Shown: positions 1 through 14,669 of the stretch, piece after piece
Layout: each line of letters starts with the position of its first letter
Numbering within the stretch: position 1 is the stretch's first letter
NCBI GenBank assembly: GCA_964016885.1
Contig: OZ024752.1
Location: 558,001 to 622,000 of the forward strand
Direction: 5' to 3'
DNA length: 64,000 nt
Source: Eledone cirrhosa
Taxonomy: Eukaryota
Made by a program: the position numbers and the translations under genes
The notes under the pieces: generated by a model
Seen by the model: the letters and a program-made list of their open reading frames with translations, nothing else
Databases searched by the model: none
Told to the model about the DNA's origin: nothing

Positions 1-128
1 TCAAACATTTGACTTATATATTTTACTTTATTTTACATTACTCTGGAGTAACAAAACCAACCTGCGCACTTCGTCGAGTGCTCCAGCCTACATACTGAGG
101 TGTTGGTATACAACCAACATATACTCAA
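1..128 (+). repeat. Dispersed repeat, pLTR-tail-like; inverted copy at about 31641-31765
   Basis: Reverse-complement similarity to 31641-31765 (ttacattactc(t/c)ggagta...gagtgctcca...catactgaggtgt...caacatatactca); abuts a (TA)n tract. Confidence 0.75.
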
Positions 129-134
129 AATCTA

Positions 135-1535
<1,401 letters not shown>

Positions 1536-2716
1536 TTTATTAAAATAACAGATTAAAGTTTAAGCAAAGAATTGCTGCTTTCACCCTTAACGGGATCTTC
1601 TGAAACTAACAAAGTCAATCTGTAAACGCATAAGTCAATATTTCGAAAAACGTTGCAACCGGAGGAAGACAGGAAGACGATACTTTGGTTCGTGGTAACG
1701 TTCGCTGGCAAAGAACGGGAAAAAACGAATAATACGTCATTAATAGGAGCGGTGAAAAACAATTACGCGCAAAGACAAAACCACGTTTATGGTATAAAAG
1801 AGGTCGTAGACCAATGTTCTCTTAGGTGGTTCATAGAGACGTTCTCTGGCAATGAACGGAAAAACGAAGATAATACGTCATATGTGGAGCGTGGAGAACA
1901 ATAGCACGCAAAGACAAAACCACGTAAATGGTATAGCAGAAATCGTAGACTTCAGCTATATCATTTACCGTCTAACTAGGAAACCGAATGATTCTCCGCT
2001 TCAGAGTTAAGAATAAAGTAAATAAAACACAATACAGAGGTAATAGAAATTAAATAAATAAATACATACACGCATGCAAATACGTACATACACAAGCATA
2101 CGCGAAAACACTTGCCATAGGTATACAAAACCACGCACATATAAATGTGTGTGTGTGTATACAAATAAATAAATAATTAAATAAACGTATATAAATAAAT
2201 AAATACGTATATAACAAGCACACACACATACCTACATGTAAATACACAAATGTTCGGAGACGTAAGTCAACCAAAACATGAAGTACACATATACACATAC
2301 CCTACATACGTACGAACCAGCATACTCACACAGACGCAAAACTCCCGTATACACAAAACCAAACCATATGTACAAGAATATATAAAAAATTATACGCCAT
2401 ACCATATATAAAATCAAATATACGTACGAGAAAGTATACGTACCTTCACAAAACATACAGGTAAGATATACTTACCTATGCAAATACGTAATGGTATAAA
2501 CAATACATATACTTAGCTACCACATCAAGACGTAAAATATCCACGTATAGATCGTACTATCCGTTAGGGTATAACGTGGGGCTGTAATACAGGAAAGTTT
2601 TGTGCAATTTATGTTTACAAGCCGAAATTGTCTCAGATTTTTTGTTTAAGATTTGGTCTGTGGCGTAGAATATTTCCAGGGCCTCAGCGGCGCAGATGTC
2701 ACATGGTCTTACAAGT
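1536..2716 (-). mobile_element. 5'-truncated Penelope-like element (PLE): ORF C-terminus, 3' UTR and terminal HHR
   Basis: 2712-2557 (-) translates VRPCDICAAEALEIFYATDQILNKKSETISACKHKLHKTFLYYSPTLYPNG*, matching the CxxC-E-I-LNKxSE-C-H end of PLE GIY-YIG ORFs; ~140-bp internal duplication (about 1700-1811 / 1840-1951); HHR at the 3' end; (TA)n on both sides. Confidence 0.8.
1557..1607 (-). ncRNA. Type I hammerhead ribozyme motif, CAGAAGA (U4A) core variant
   Basis: Sense: AGTTT-CAGAAGA-T CCC gttaa GGG T-GAA-AGCA gcaattctt TGCT-T-AAACT; stems I (5 bp), II (3 bp) and III (4 bp) all pair. Confidence 0.6.
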
Positions 2717-2756
2717 ATAATATATATATATATATAATATATATATAAATATATAT

Positions 2757-2828
<72 letters not shown>

Positions 2829-2834
<6 letters not shown>

Positions 2835-3212
2835 TGGTAAACGGAAAAGAAAATGCTGACAAATTGTTCACAGTGAAAAATAGTTTAATTAGGAATAAGT
2901 GAGAATTAGTAATAGTATTGGTTAGTATTCAGTCCTGGTTTTAAGTTTTACCGGTTGCGCATTTCTAATGCTTTTCAAAAATAATTTTGAGATAGAGCGT
3001 CCGTGATGTTTGCTCTAATCTGTTAGAGCAAACATCACGGACGCTCTATCTCGAAATTATTTTTGAAAAGCATTAGAAATGCGCAACCGGTAAAACTTAA
3101 AACCAGGACTGAATACTAACCAATACTATTACTAATTCTCACTTATTCCTAATTAAACTGTTTTTCACTGTGAACAATTTGTCAGCATTTTCTTTTCCGT
3201 TTACCAATATAT
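2829..3212. repeat. Near-perfect fold-back palindrome, 190-bp arms, 4-nt spacer (3019-3022)
   Basis: Arms 2829-3018 and 3023-3212 are reverse complements with about 2 mismatches; embedded in (TA)n. Confidence 0.95.
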
Positions 3213-3245
3213 CATAACTTGTGTGTTACACCTCTATTCTTTTAA

Positions 3246-3352
<107 letters not shown>

Positions 3353-3401
3353 ATATTATATATATATATTTATATATATATTATATATATATATATTTAT
3401 A

Positions 3402-3507
<106 letters not shown>

Positions 3508-3816
3508 TGACTTACGGGGCCGCAGAAACCCCAACACTGGACTTTACCATCATTCCAGGGGTCCGGTGAGTATAAAACATTTATGCTTTCATATATTTTT
3601 ATATCTGTATATCTGTTTGACCCGAAATAGGAGATCGAATCTTCGCTGTGTGGATAATTAGTTTAACCACCATCTCAGTGTGTTTGGCCTTTAACGTAAG
3701 TTGTAAGCTCTAATTCTTTTGAATTATTGAGCGCTTGCCTCATAATTCGAAAGTGTTTTTTCGTTATTTCATAGGCTGAAATTCGATTCTCGCTAATTTT
3801 TACTTGAATTTTTACT

Positions 3817-4057
<241 letters not shown>

Positions 4058-4281
4058 TATATATATATACTAACCCAGCCACCTAGCTGCTTTCTACTGC
4101 ATATTGCACATTGAGCACATGCCTTTACGCTTTGGCTTCTAACTAATTCACCAATCTCTCCTCTCCTACCTCCATCTCTCTCTTTAAGATTGGTTACTCT
4201 TACCACCACCCCACTCTCAAGAGCGTGAAATTAATAAACCCTTGTTTGTACTGCCTCTCTGTTTTGTTCCCGTTCAATTTT

Positions 4282-4363
<82 letters not shown>

Positions 4364-4804
4364 CATATATGTATATATATATATATATATATATAAATAT
4401 ATATATACAAGTATAATATATATATATATACACACATATACAAATATAATATATATATATATACATATACACATATATATATATACAAGTATAATATATA
4501 TATATATAGACATATACAAATATATATATATATACAAGTATAATATATATATACAAATATAATATATATATATACAAATATTATATATATATATATACAA
4601 ATATAATATATATATATATACAAATATAATATATATATATACAAATATAATATATATATATATACAAATATAATATATATATATATATATATATACAAGT
4701 ATAATATATACACAAGTATAATATATATAAATAGATATACATGTGTGATATATATATATTTATATATAAATATATATATATACAAATATAATATATATAT
4801 ATTT

Positions 4805-5140
4805 ATTTAAGTTTGTTGGTTCACCACTGGATAGAATTGGTAATTCCGTATGGTCAATCTCGATGTAATATTATGGAGAGTACTCAACGTAATGCAGCTC
4901 ACCCCTCTTCGTTTGTGTTGTTGGTGGTGCGAGTACGGAGTTAATTATTATAATAATATAACAGGAGGTTAGACTTGTGTAAATCCCTGAAAGGTTTCTT
5001 ATACTATGATCATTTCAATGACCGGGTTCCGTATGAATCCGGAGACATCATCAGGTATTCGAAATATAACAAAGGAATATAACAAACAAAATCATAAACA
5101 AGAGGACGACCGACCATCTAGCATCTTCTACCTTAGTCGG

Positions 5141-5142
<2 letters not shown>
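4805..5142 (-). mobile_element. PLE pLTR-like island with HHR; its 3' tail is repeated at 20478-20630
   Basis: 4805-4954 matches 20478-20630 (ttgttggtt.accactggatagaa...gagtacggagttaattattataat); HHR at 5001-5058. Confidence 0.7.
5001..5058 (-). ncRNA. Minimal type I hammerhead ribozyme motif
   Basis: Sense: ATAC-CTGATGA-tgtct CCGGaTTC atacg GAAcCCGG tcatt-GAA-A TGATCA T-A-GTAT; palindromic stem III; base of stem II weak. Confidence 0.65.
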
Positions 5143-5195
<53 letters not shown>

Positions 5196-5226
5196 AGTAT
5201 AATATATATATATATACATATACATG

Positions 5227-5283
<57 letters not shown>

Positions 5284-5288
<5 letters not shown>

Positions 5289-5335
5289 GATGAAAGCGTA
5301 CCAAAGTTTTTGGTACGCTTGAAATATATATAATA
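5284..5335 (+). ncRNA. Minimal type I hammerhead ribozyme motif; 5' strand of stem I merges into (TA)n
   Basis: CTGATGA-AAGCGTACCAAA gtt TTTGGTACGCTT-GAA-A TATATA T-A; perfect 12-bp stem II; downstream tail related to 43630-43745. Confidence 0.8.
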
Positions 5336-5474
5336 GAATAAATATGGGTTTATATATATAGTTTCCATTTATTTAATATCATTGAATATTTACTCCAGAA
5401 AGCTGTCGAGTGCTCTGAATCAGTTATAAGCATTTATATTTGTTGGATTTCCAGCAAATTGAATATCCCTTCTA

Positions 5475-5538
<64 letters not shown>

Positions 5539-5833
5539 TATAAATATATATATACGAGTATAATATATATACACAAATATATATACACATGTATAATATA
5601 TATATGTATAAGTATATATACACACATGTATATATACAAGAGTATATATATATATGTATATACAAATATATATACACATGTATACATAATATATATATAC
5701 AAGAGTATATATATGTATATACAAATATATATACACATGTATACATAATATATGTATACAAATATATCTACATGTATATACATATTATATATACACATGT
5801 ATACATAATATATGTATACAAAATATATACACA

Positions 5834-5878
<45 letters not shown>

Positions 5879-5918
5879 ATATATATTTGTATATATATAT
5901 ATATATATATATTATACT

Positions 5919-5960
<42 letters not shown>

Positions 5961-5976
5961 CGTGTGTATATATTTG

Positions 5977-6007
<31 letters not shown>

Positions 6008-6466
6008 CATATATATATTAAACATATATATATATATATTATACATGTATATGTATATATCACATATATATATATTATACTTGTATATATATATTTATAT
6101 ACATACATACATACATACATACATACATACATACATACATACATACATACATACATACATACATACATACATACATGTACGTACATATATATATGTGTGT
6201 GTGTACTTGATACGAAGTAAGATCACAGATATTTCCATTATGTCATATATCAGAAATTGACTGTTTCTCTTTATACACAACTTCGCCGCTTTCTATTACT
6301 GATAATTTTAAAGAATTTGTTGAGCACTTTGGCGAAAAATACCTCGCTGAAACTAATTAATATATACCCCGTGGAGAACGTTTGTTTCTTGTTACCGGAT
6401 ATATATATATATACACACATATATACATACATATAGATTTGCATACTTGCATACATACACAAATAT

Positions 6467-6521
<55 letters not shown>

Positions 6522-6880
6522 ACATGTAAATATATATATACATGTATAGATATACATGTAAATATATACATGTATATATATGTATGTACATGTATATATA
6601 TGTACATGTATATATATGTACATGTATACATATGTACATATATATATATATATACATGTATATATATATACATGTATATATATATACATGTATATATATA
6701 TACATGTATATATATGTACACACACATATATATATATAAGTAAATATGTGCATGTATATATATATATATATATATATATATGTAAATATATGCATCTATC
6801 TATATATATATTTATGTAAATATATGCATGTGTATATATATATATATACATGTAAATATATGCATGTATATATATACATG

Positions 6881-6979
<99 letters not shown>

Positions 6980-7129
6980 GTATATATATATATATATATA
7001 TTGTTCCTGGTGTGATGTATGCTTACAAATGAGCGTGCTACCTACAACCAATTATGTTATATTACAAGTACTTGTGTTCCATTGGCTTTCATGTGTATAC
7101 ACGTTTACTGGTTCTCGTGTCGCTGACTT

Positions 7130-7288
7130 TGCCGACGACAACGATGACGAACGAAGAAAAGAAGAATAAAACTAAAAAGAAAAGAAAAAGAAAAAGAAAA
7201 AGAAAAAGAAAAAGAAGAAAAAGTAAAAGAAGAAGAAGAAGGAGAAGAAGAAGAAAAATAAAAATAAAAACCATAATAATAATAATAA

Positions 7289-7319
<31 letters not shown>

Positions 7320-7435
7320 AAGAAGAAGAAGAAGAAGAGAAGAAGAAGAAGAAGAAGAAGAAGAAGAAGAAGAAGAAGAAGAAGAAAATTGGAGAAGTTG
7401 ATGACGATGGCAACGATGACGATGATGATGATGTA
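7130..7435. repeat. Compound (GAAAAA)n/(TAA)n/(GAA)n/(GAT)n microsatellite
   Basis: Direct reading. Confidence 0.95.
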
Positions 7436-7629
7436 TGTCTGAAGATGAAGAGGTTGTTTATGCGGTAAATATGATCAAGACGCTGTGTGGAGTGGTGTGA
7501 ATTGTCGAGTTTGCCAGAATTATTTTCATACGTGACGGGGAGCAATGGAGGAGGCGTGACGCGACGGTTTTCGTAGCAATGGCGGTCGTGTTTGTTGGGC
7601 TGGTGGCTGGGCGAGGGTAGTTGTAAAAG

Positions 7630-7915
7630 AGTGGTGACGATGGCGATGTTTGTGGTGGTTATGGCTGTGTTATTATTGTTGTTGTTCTTGTGGTGGTGGT
7701 AGTGTTGGTGGTGGTGTTGTTGTTGGCACTGATGGTTGTAGTGGCAATGCTGGTGCTGCTGCTGGTGTTGTTGTTGTGGTGGTGATTGTGGTGATGAAGG
7801 TTTTGGTGGCGATGGTGATGTTGGTGTTGCGTCTAGTTGTGGCGATGGTGATGGTTTTGGAAGCGATGCTGGTGGTGGTAGTGGTGCTGGTTTTGGTGTT
7901 TGTGATGGTGTTGGA
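7630..7915. repeat. Degenerate (GGT/GTT/GCT)n trinucleotide tract
   Basis: Direct reading. Confidence 0.9.
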
Positions 7916-8126
7916 TTGAAACGTACGTAAATCGACATATATGTTAATTGGTTAATTGAAAGTGTTCCACTGTATGATAGAAGCAAACGGCATATCGTAC
8001 ACATGTAGCGTTAAACATGTAAAACTTTTGTCAACAATTTCTTTCGGAATGTCTTTAAATTACTATGTATGTATGTATATATGTATGTACGTATATATGT
8101 ATGTATGTACGTATATATGTATGTCA

Positions 8127-8730
8127 GGTCACCAGTTGGTGCTAGTGGTAACATGTATCCCAGTACAACCTGTCTCGTGGTCGGGTCGTTGGCGACTAAA
8201 CTGGCAACCCCACCAAGGTTTCTTGGTGAGGAGGGTACTTTGGACATCCTGCAGGACTAAAAACAAAACCTGTCAAAGGCCAAAGGAGCTCTTAAGAGTC
8301 AATGGCCATCCAAAATCACCGGGAGAGATGACCCCTTAGCTTTTGTCAAGGCAGAATTCTAGGAGAAGGAAAACTCTGATATACACCTGCAACCCTGATG
8401 GTATCCAATGATGTTGACTTGTTCTTCTTTTTGGTAAATATCATCTTGGTTAAGAGAGTGGGACTGGCTTTGTGCAGTGCCTTTGCTCACTATAAAAGCT
8501 TCACGCCACAGGCATTGCTTTATATCTGGAGATCTCTCTACATTTGTCGTCATATGGTAACATGAGCCCAGCACTATGTGTCAATAATTGTCACAAATGT
8601 AGTGTTTGTACCAGAGTTTTCAAGTCGTTGGCTGGACTAAAACGTCACACTCGTTCAGCGCATCGGTAGGGGTTCTCCTACATGGATATAAAGTAGTGGC
8701 CGTACTCGAAAACGATTTGGCAGCCACCAT
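8127..8730 (+). mobile_element. Non-autonomous RTE-derived element, longest copy, with (TATG)n tail
   Basis: RTE 5'UTR-like motif (taggagaaggaaaactctga) fused to an RTE ORF-end C2H2 finger ([23 protein letters not shown]); further copies in the window. Confidence 0.75.
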
Positions 8731-8955
8731 GTATGTATGTATGTATGTATGTATGTATGTATGTATGTATGTATGTATGTATGTATGTATGTATGTATGT
8801 ATGCATGCATGTTTGTATGTATACATGCATGCATGTATGTATGCATGCATGCATGTATGTATGTATGTATGTATGTATGTATGTATGTATGTATGTATGT
8901 ATGTATGTATGTATGTATGCATGTTTGTATGTATGTATGTATGTATGTATGTATT

Positions 8956-9368
8956 CCGGGAGAGATGACCCCTTACCCTTTGTCAAGGCAGAATTCTAGG
9001 AGAAGGAAAACTCTGATATAACACCTGCAACCCTGATGGTATCCAATGATGTTGACTTGTTCTTCTTTTTGGTAAATATCATCTTGGTTAAGAGAGTGGG
9101 ACTGGCTTTGTGCAGTGCCTTTGCTCACTATAAAAGCTTCACGGCACAAGCATTGCTTTATATCTGGAGATCTCTCTGCACTTGTCGTCACAGGGTACCA
9201 TGGGCCCAGCACTATGTGTCAATAATTGTCACAAGTGTAGTGTTTGTACCAGAGTTTTCAAGTCGCTGGCTGGACTAAAAAGTCACACTCGTTCAGCGCA
9301 TCGGTAGGAGTTCTCCTACATGGATATAAAGTAGTGGCCGTACTCGAAAACGAGTTGGCAGCCACCAT
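8956..9368 (+). mobile_element. RTE-derived non-autonomous element, 5'-shortened copy
   Basis: Near-identical to 8319-8730; 9227-9307 encodes [26 protein letters not shown]. Confidence 0.85.
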
Positions 9369-9385
9369 ATATGTATGTATGTATG

Positions 9386-12300
9386 TTCTTCTGGTTTTAT
9401 AATTTCACAAATGTTTGCCAATAGAGAGAGAGAGAGCCGGTTTCTGACATAGACACAAGACTCTTTCTTTGGAATTTACACAACATCAACTAGGTAGATT
9501 ATGTATTCAAACGTGCATGTGTAGATATGGATGTTATTGTATGTGTGGATGTGTATGTTTTGAGTTTATGTGTACATGTGTATATGCCTTGTATCTGTAC
9601 ATGTGTATATGAGGTTATTAGATGCAAAATTTTTGGAATGTTTTATATATTTTTACTGTTCCATTAATGGATTGTACTTGTAATTTCCTAACTAGTTGTG
9701 TTCTTTCTGTTCCTGTGAAGCCTAGCTTCTCAAGATTTGTATTGGGGGCAGTTACTAATATACCCCAGTGCCCCAATAATCACAGGCATAAATCTGAAGG
9801 TGTAATCAAGGTGGAGTATCTGCAGATTTCTCATCAGTTCTGCCTAAATATTCTCCTTTTCACTAATCTTTGATATTATATTGGCATCTGCTGGGCAGCT
9901 AATTTCCACTGCTGTGCATGCTTTCTTCTCCCTGTCCCATATCATAATATCTAGTCTGTTATGCCTGCATTTTATTGGGGTTTTTACTGAAACATTCCAC
10001 TAGTACTCTTTCAAATTATGTAAATGTATGTCTTCCACATTGCTGTAGCTTTTAATGTGTTTATTATCGGGGCTATCTTTTTCACGGATTGCATTGTACA
10101 GTGTTTTGACCACTACATCATGCCTCATAGGTAAATAGTACCGCGATGACATCTTTGGACAGCTGCTGATGACATGGGTGATATCTTCGATGTTAGTTCT
10201 GCAGAATCTGCACTTGTTATCACATCTAGGTGTTTTGCCTGCATCCCTATCTCTTTTGTGAATCAGGTATTTCGTGTTAATTTCCTGTTCTTGGATTGCA
10301 AAAGCGTATCCTTCAAAGTGGGAGCCAATATAGCGGTTGTTTGTCCAAGATAGACTACTTTCATTATCTATATTACTCTCACTCTGGAGCTTCCTGGCAA
10401 CATATCCATGCATGATTTTTTGCTGATAAGCATGCAGTTTTTCATCCATGGATTCACTGCGATACTGCTGAGCGACTTCCCTGGGTGTGAGGTTTTCATT
10501 ATCACAGGGAATATCTCTCGAGGAGTTCCTTCCCAACTCTCATGATCTTATCTGTTTCATGCAGATAGACTTGCTCGAGAGACGGGCTCCTACGCTTCGT
10601 GGTTCGTAGATCTTGACGGAGGGATATGATGCGACATTCAAATGCTGTCTGGACTGATGTTAGGCCTCTGTCTCCCTGCTTACGTTTCAAGTAAAGGCGG
10701 TCTATGTCACTGCTGATGTGGAAGTTTCCGGTGTTGTTTAGTATTTTTCGAGTTCCAACATCAACTGCTCGGATTTCGTCTATCGTCTAATTGAGTATTC
10801 CAAACGTTGGTGTTAGGACAGGCACAGCAAACACATTGTGAGCCACTGTTTTGTTTTGCGCAGAGAGTTCCGATGACCAAATCTTTCTTAATCGGGTGTA
10901 GTATTCCCTGGTTACGCGTTCCTTATTACAGATACCATTATAGGATATGTTCTCATCTATCCCCAGGTATCTGTAGCAGTCCTCATCAGATATCGGTGAA
11001 ACAGTTAGGCCATTGATGACAATGTTGCTAGACTGGGTTGTTGTTTTTCCCCGCTTTACAGTCATATATGAGCACTTATCTTGGCCAAACTCCATTCCTA
11101 TATCCTTTGAGAACGTTGTAACCAGGTCAAGATTTTTCTTCATCCCATCCATGTTCTTGGCATAGAGTTTCGGATTATCCACAAAGAAATTATGGGTTAG
11201 GTTCGTATTTCTCTCCTCCTGTGAGCCAATGATGTATCCTTCACATTTCAGAAAGGACAAGGGGTTTAATGATAGGATGAATAATATCACAGAGAGACTG
11301 TCTCCCTGAAATATACCCCTGCGATATTTTATTTTATCAGTGAGAATAGAGTCCTCCCTCTCTTTCTTTAACCTTACGATAGTAGCCCAAGAAGAAGACA
11401 GCTTCTCTATGGCTCTGACAATAATGTCTGGGACTTTAGCAAGTTGGAGGGCCTCGATCATTCAAGAGTGGGGAACAGAATCGAAACCTTTCCTGTAGTC
11501 CAGCCAGACTGTAGCCATATTCCTCCTAAGTTGTCGCACCTCCGACATCGCAGTTTGGTCGATTAGGAGTTGTTCAGCACATCCCAACCCCCTTTCTTTC
11601 CAGCTGCTTGTTCATCTGTGATGATGTTATTATTTTCACAGTGATCTTGGAGGAATAGGTTCAGGCAGGCTGTATACATCTTATACATCAGGTTCTGGAA
11701 TGCAATGAGTCGGTAGTTTTTTGCCAAGTGGGTGTCTTTGTTCTTGGGGACCAGTAATGTTTGTGCTAATGTTAACCATTCTGGTATAAGTGTATCTCCC
11801 TTAAGAACTTGTTGTTAGAGGTCAGTAAGATACCTCCGATAGAATATCAGTTTTTTGTACCAGTAGCCAACAATCATCTCTCTTCCTGATGTTTTCTTAT
11901 CTTGGAGTTTTCCTATCACAGTCTCAAGGGTACCCTCACTTATTTCGTATGTTTTTGTTGTAGTGTAGGAGCAATAGTTCTTTCGGATTTCTTTTTGCCA
12001 CACTGCATCTTGGTTGAAATTCTTTTCACCCCATATTTTGCTCCAACAGGAATCTATGTGTTTCTGGGATGGGGCCTCAGTGACACTTATTATTTCTCTA
12101 TAGACTGACGTTTGGTTTCGTCTGAATCTTTTATTAAGCACTTTTATCATACCATCTTCAGGTATCGGCGTTTTTCGCTAATAGCTCTCAATTCTTGTTT
12201 GAGGGTGATCAGCTTATATTGAAGAGTTCTGGTTCTACTGTTACCAAACGTCGTCTCTATTTAATGTTTCACTCTTTGTTGGTGAGGAGTGAGTTTTTTG

Positions 12301-13566
12301 TGTTTGTTTGCATGTAAGGAGCATTGTCACATATCCTATGTTTTTTCGTAGGTCAGCAATCTTTTTTTCTATTTTAGTTATATATGATGGTACGTTTGGT
12401 GGTGTTTTGTTCTTGTTAATATCTATGCTATCGCCAAGATAATGCTTCACTGTCGTTGCTAAGGCATATAAACAGGCGTTGATTTGCCAACATGTTGGGG
12501 TTTTTATCCGTCGTAAATATTCATCCCCTATTTCGTCAATAACACGTAATATTTCAAACATCAGTCTATAGAGATATGAAGAACAAAATAATAAGTGTCA
12601 CTGAGGCCCCACCACAGAAAGACATAGATTCCTTTTGGAGCAAAATTATTTGTTTGTTTTTTTTTTATTAAATATTGTCGTTTTAATACGTTCAGCAAGA
12701 GAGATATTTATACATGAGTTAATTTCTCTCTGGAAGATTTCGTTGAGGGAAATTTTCAATTGTTTATACTTTTGATTATTATCATTATCGATAGTATTTT
12801 CCACAACAGTCGAGGTAGACTCGGATGGTACACGTGGTGTCAAATTTCTTCGATTATTATTATAATCAATATTGTTTTCCCCAGCATTCGAGGTAGACTT
12901 AGATGGTACAGGTGGTATCAAGTTTCTTACAGGCATAGTTGTTTCAAGGCGCTGTTCGACCTGGCTGCTAGGAAGTCTAGTAGCATGGCGACCTGTAGCA
13001 CGTGTTGTTGATCCCATGTTTGTTGTGGGGGACTTACAATTAATAATATTTATCTTCTTTGTACGTTCAACAAACGTCGCTTGTTGGCGTAATTGTTTCG
13101 CTGTGAAATAATTTAGCTCTGGGCGCATTTCGTCCCAGTGTAGCTTCATTCTGTTCATATAGCCAATGGAGTGATTGTTTTTTGACATTTTATAACAATT
13201 AAATAAATCATCATTAAGTTCACAACTCCAAGAAAAATGCGATTTATAATTTCGATTTCTTTTGTAGCTACAACTGAATAAAGTTTGTTTACCTTTCTCG
13301 TTGTTTGTCTTCGATACTTCCTTAATTTTGTTGTTGATGTTGTGTTCAGCCATGCAGTTTGTAGCAAATCCTTGTAAAATGAATTATGTATTTAGTCGGA
13401 TATCTCTACGAATTCGAATAAAAGGTGTCTTCAGAAGATATAGTTAGAAGAATAACCAGTTATTCAACATGACTGTACTTGTGGCATTACTGTCAGAGCT
13501 AGTATTCATCTTAAATTTAATAAATAGTCTCCCACGCCAAAATATGCGACTGATGGCGTTGACTTT
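9386..13566 (-). mobile_element. Dong/R4-clade RLE non-LTR retrotransposon, near full length, with frameshifts and stops
   Basis: ORF pieces in order: N-terminal region (12646-13353, 12241-12561, 11815-12150); RT (GIFQGDSLS, FFVDN) 10787-11461; CRFC...HVISSC knuckle plus RHD 10000-10536; RLE (NRLDIMIWD...VEISCP...IIGALG) about 9620-9999; (TATG)n on both flanks. Confidence 0.9.
10787..11461 (-). pseudogene. Reverse transcriptase fragment of the Dong/R4 element
   Basis: RGIFQGDSLSVILF, HNFFVDNPKLY (DD degenerated to DN), YRYLGI. Confidence 0.9.
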
Positions 13567-13624
13567 ATGTATGTATGTATGTATGTATGTATGTATGGAT
13601 GTATGCATGTATGTATGTATGTAT

Positions 13625-14041
13625 CGTGAGAGATGACCCCTTAGCCTTTGTCAAGGCAGAATTCTAGGAGAAGGAAAACTCTGATATAACACCTGCAACC
13701 CTGATGGTATCCAATGATGTTGACTTGTTCTTCTTTTTGGTAAATATCATCTTGGTTAAGAGAGTGGGACTGGCTTTGTGCAGTGCCTTTGCTCACTATA
13801 AAAGCTTCACGGCACAGGCATTGCTTTATATCTGGAGATATCTCTGCACTTGTCATCACATGGTACCATGGGTCCAGAACTATGTGTCAGTAATTATCAC
13901 AAGTGTAGTGTTTGTACCAGAGTTTTCAAGTCGCTGGCTGGACTAAAAAGTCACACTCGTTCAGCGCATCGGTAGGGGTTCTCCTACATGGATATAAAGT
14001 AGTGGCCGTACTCGACTCGAAAACGAGTTGGCAGCCACCAT
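13625..14041 (+). mobile_element. RTE-derived non-autonomous element copy
   Basis: Near-identical to 8956-9368; same start point (gagagatgacccc). Confidence 0.85.
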
Positions 14042-14051
14042 GTATATATGT

Positions 14052-14180
14052 AAGGCAGTGAATTGGCAGAATTGTTAGAATATGGAACAGAATGCTTTGC
14101 CGTGTACTTTCCTGCTTTCTGAGTTCAAATCTCGCAACAGTCAAATTTGACTTTCATCCATTAAAAGTCGATAAATAACT
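14052..14180 (+). mobile_element. tRNA-derived SINE (octopus-type), degenerate
   Basis: aaggcagtgaattggcagaa (A box)...gagttcaaatc (B box)...tttcatcc...gtcgataaa; recurs many times in the window. Confidence 0.7.
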
Positions 14181-14272
14181 GAAAGACACATATGAAATTT
14201 CATCTGTAAATTGTTCTCTCTCTATCTTTCACTTTCCCCCTCTCTCTCTATCTCTTTCCCCCCCCCCCTCTC

Positions 14273-14364
<92 letters not shown>

Positions 14365-14669
14365 CATACACACATTCACACACAAATTCATATATAGCTC
14401 TTTGAGTGCGATTTCATGCTACAAAAGAAATATCTCTCGTTATTTAAACATGGAAGTAAATTATATATTCAATACGGATGTTAATGGGACTTATCATCAC
14501 CCATATCGACTGGAAATGAATAGTATTTGCTGCTGGAACACATAGCTTCGGGAATTTAGTGTGGGAATGAAGCGGTAGAGGAGATGTGCGTTGTTATATG
14601 GCGGTATGGTATGTAATATAGAGATTTGTTTTTAAGTTTGAGAGTTGAGATGTATACAAATCAATGTCA

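Noticed and set aside
7105-8004. 299-aa Pro/Gln/His/Ser/Phe-run ORF on -
   Set aside because: Made of trinucleotide microsatellites; no domain or splice evidence
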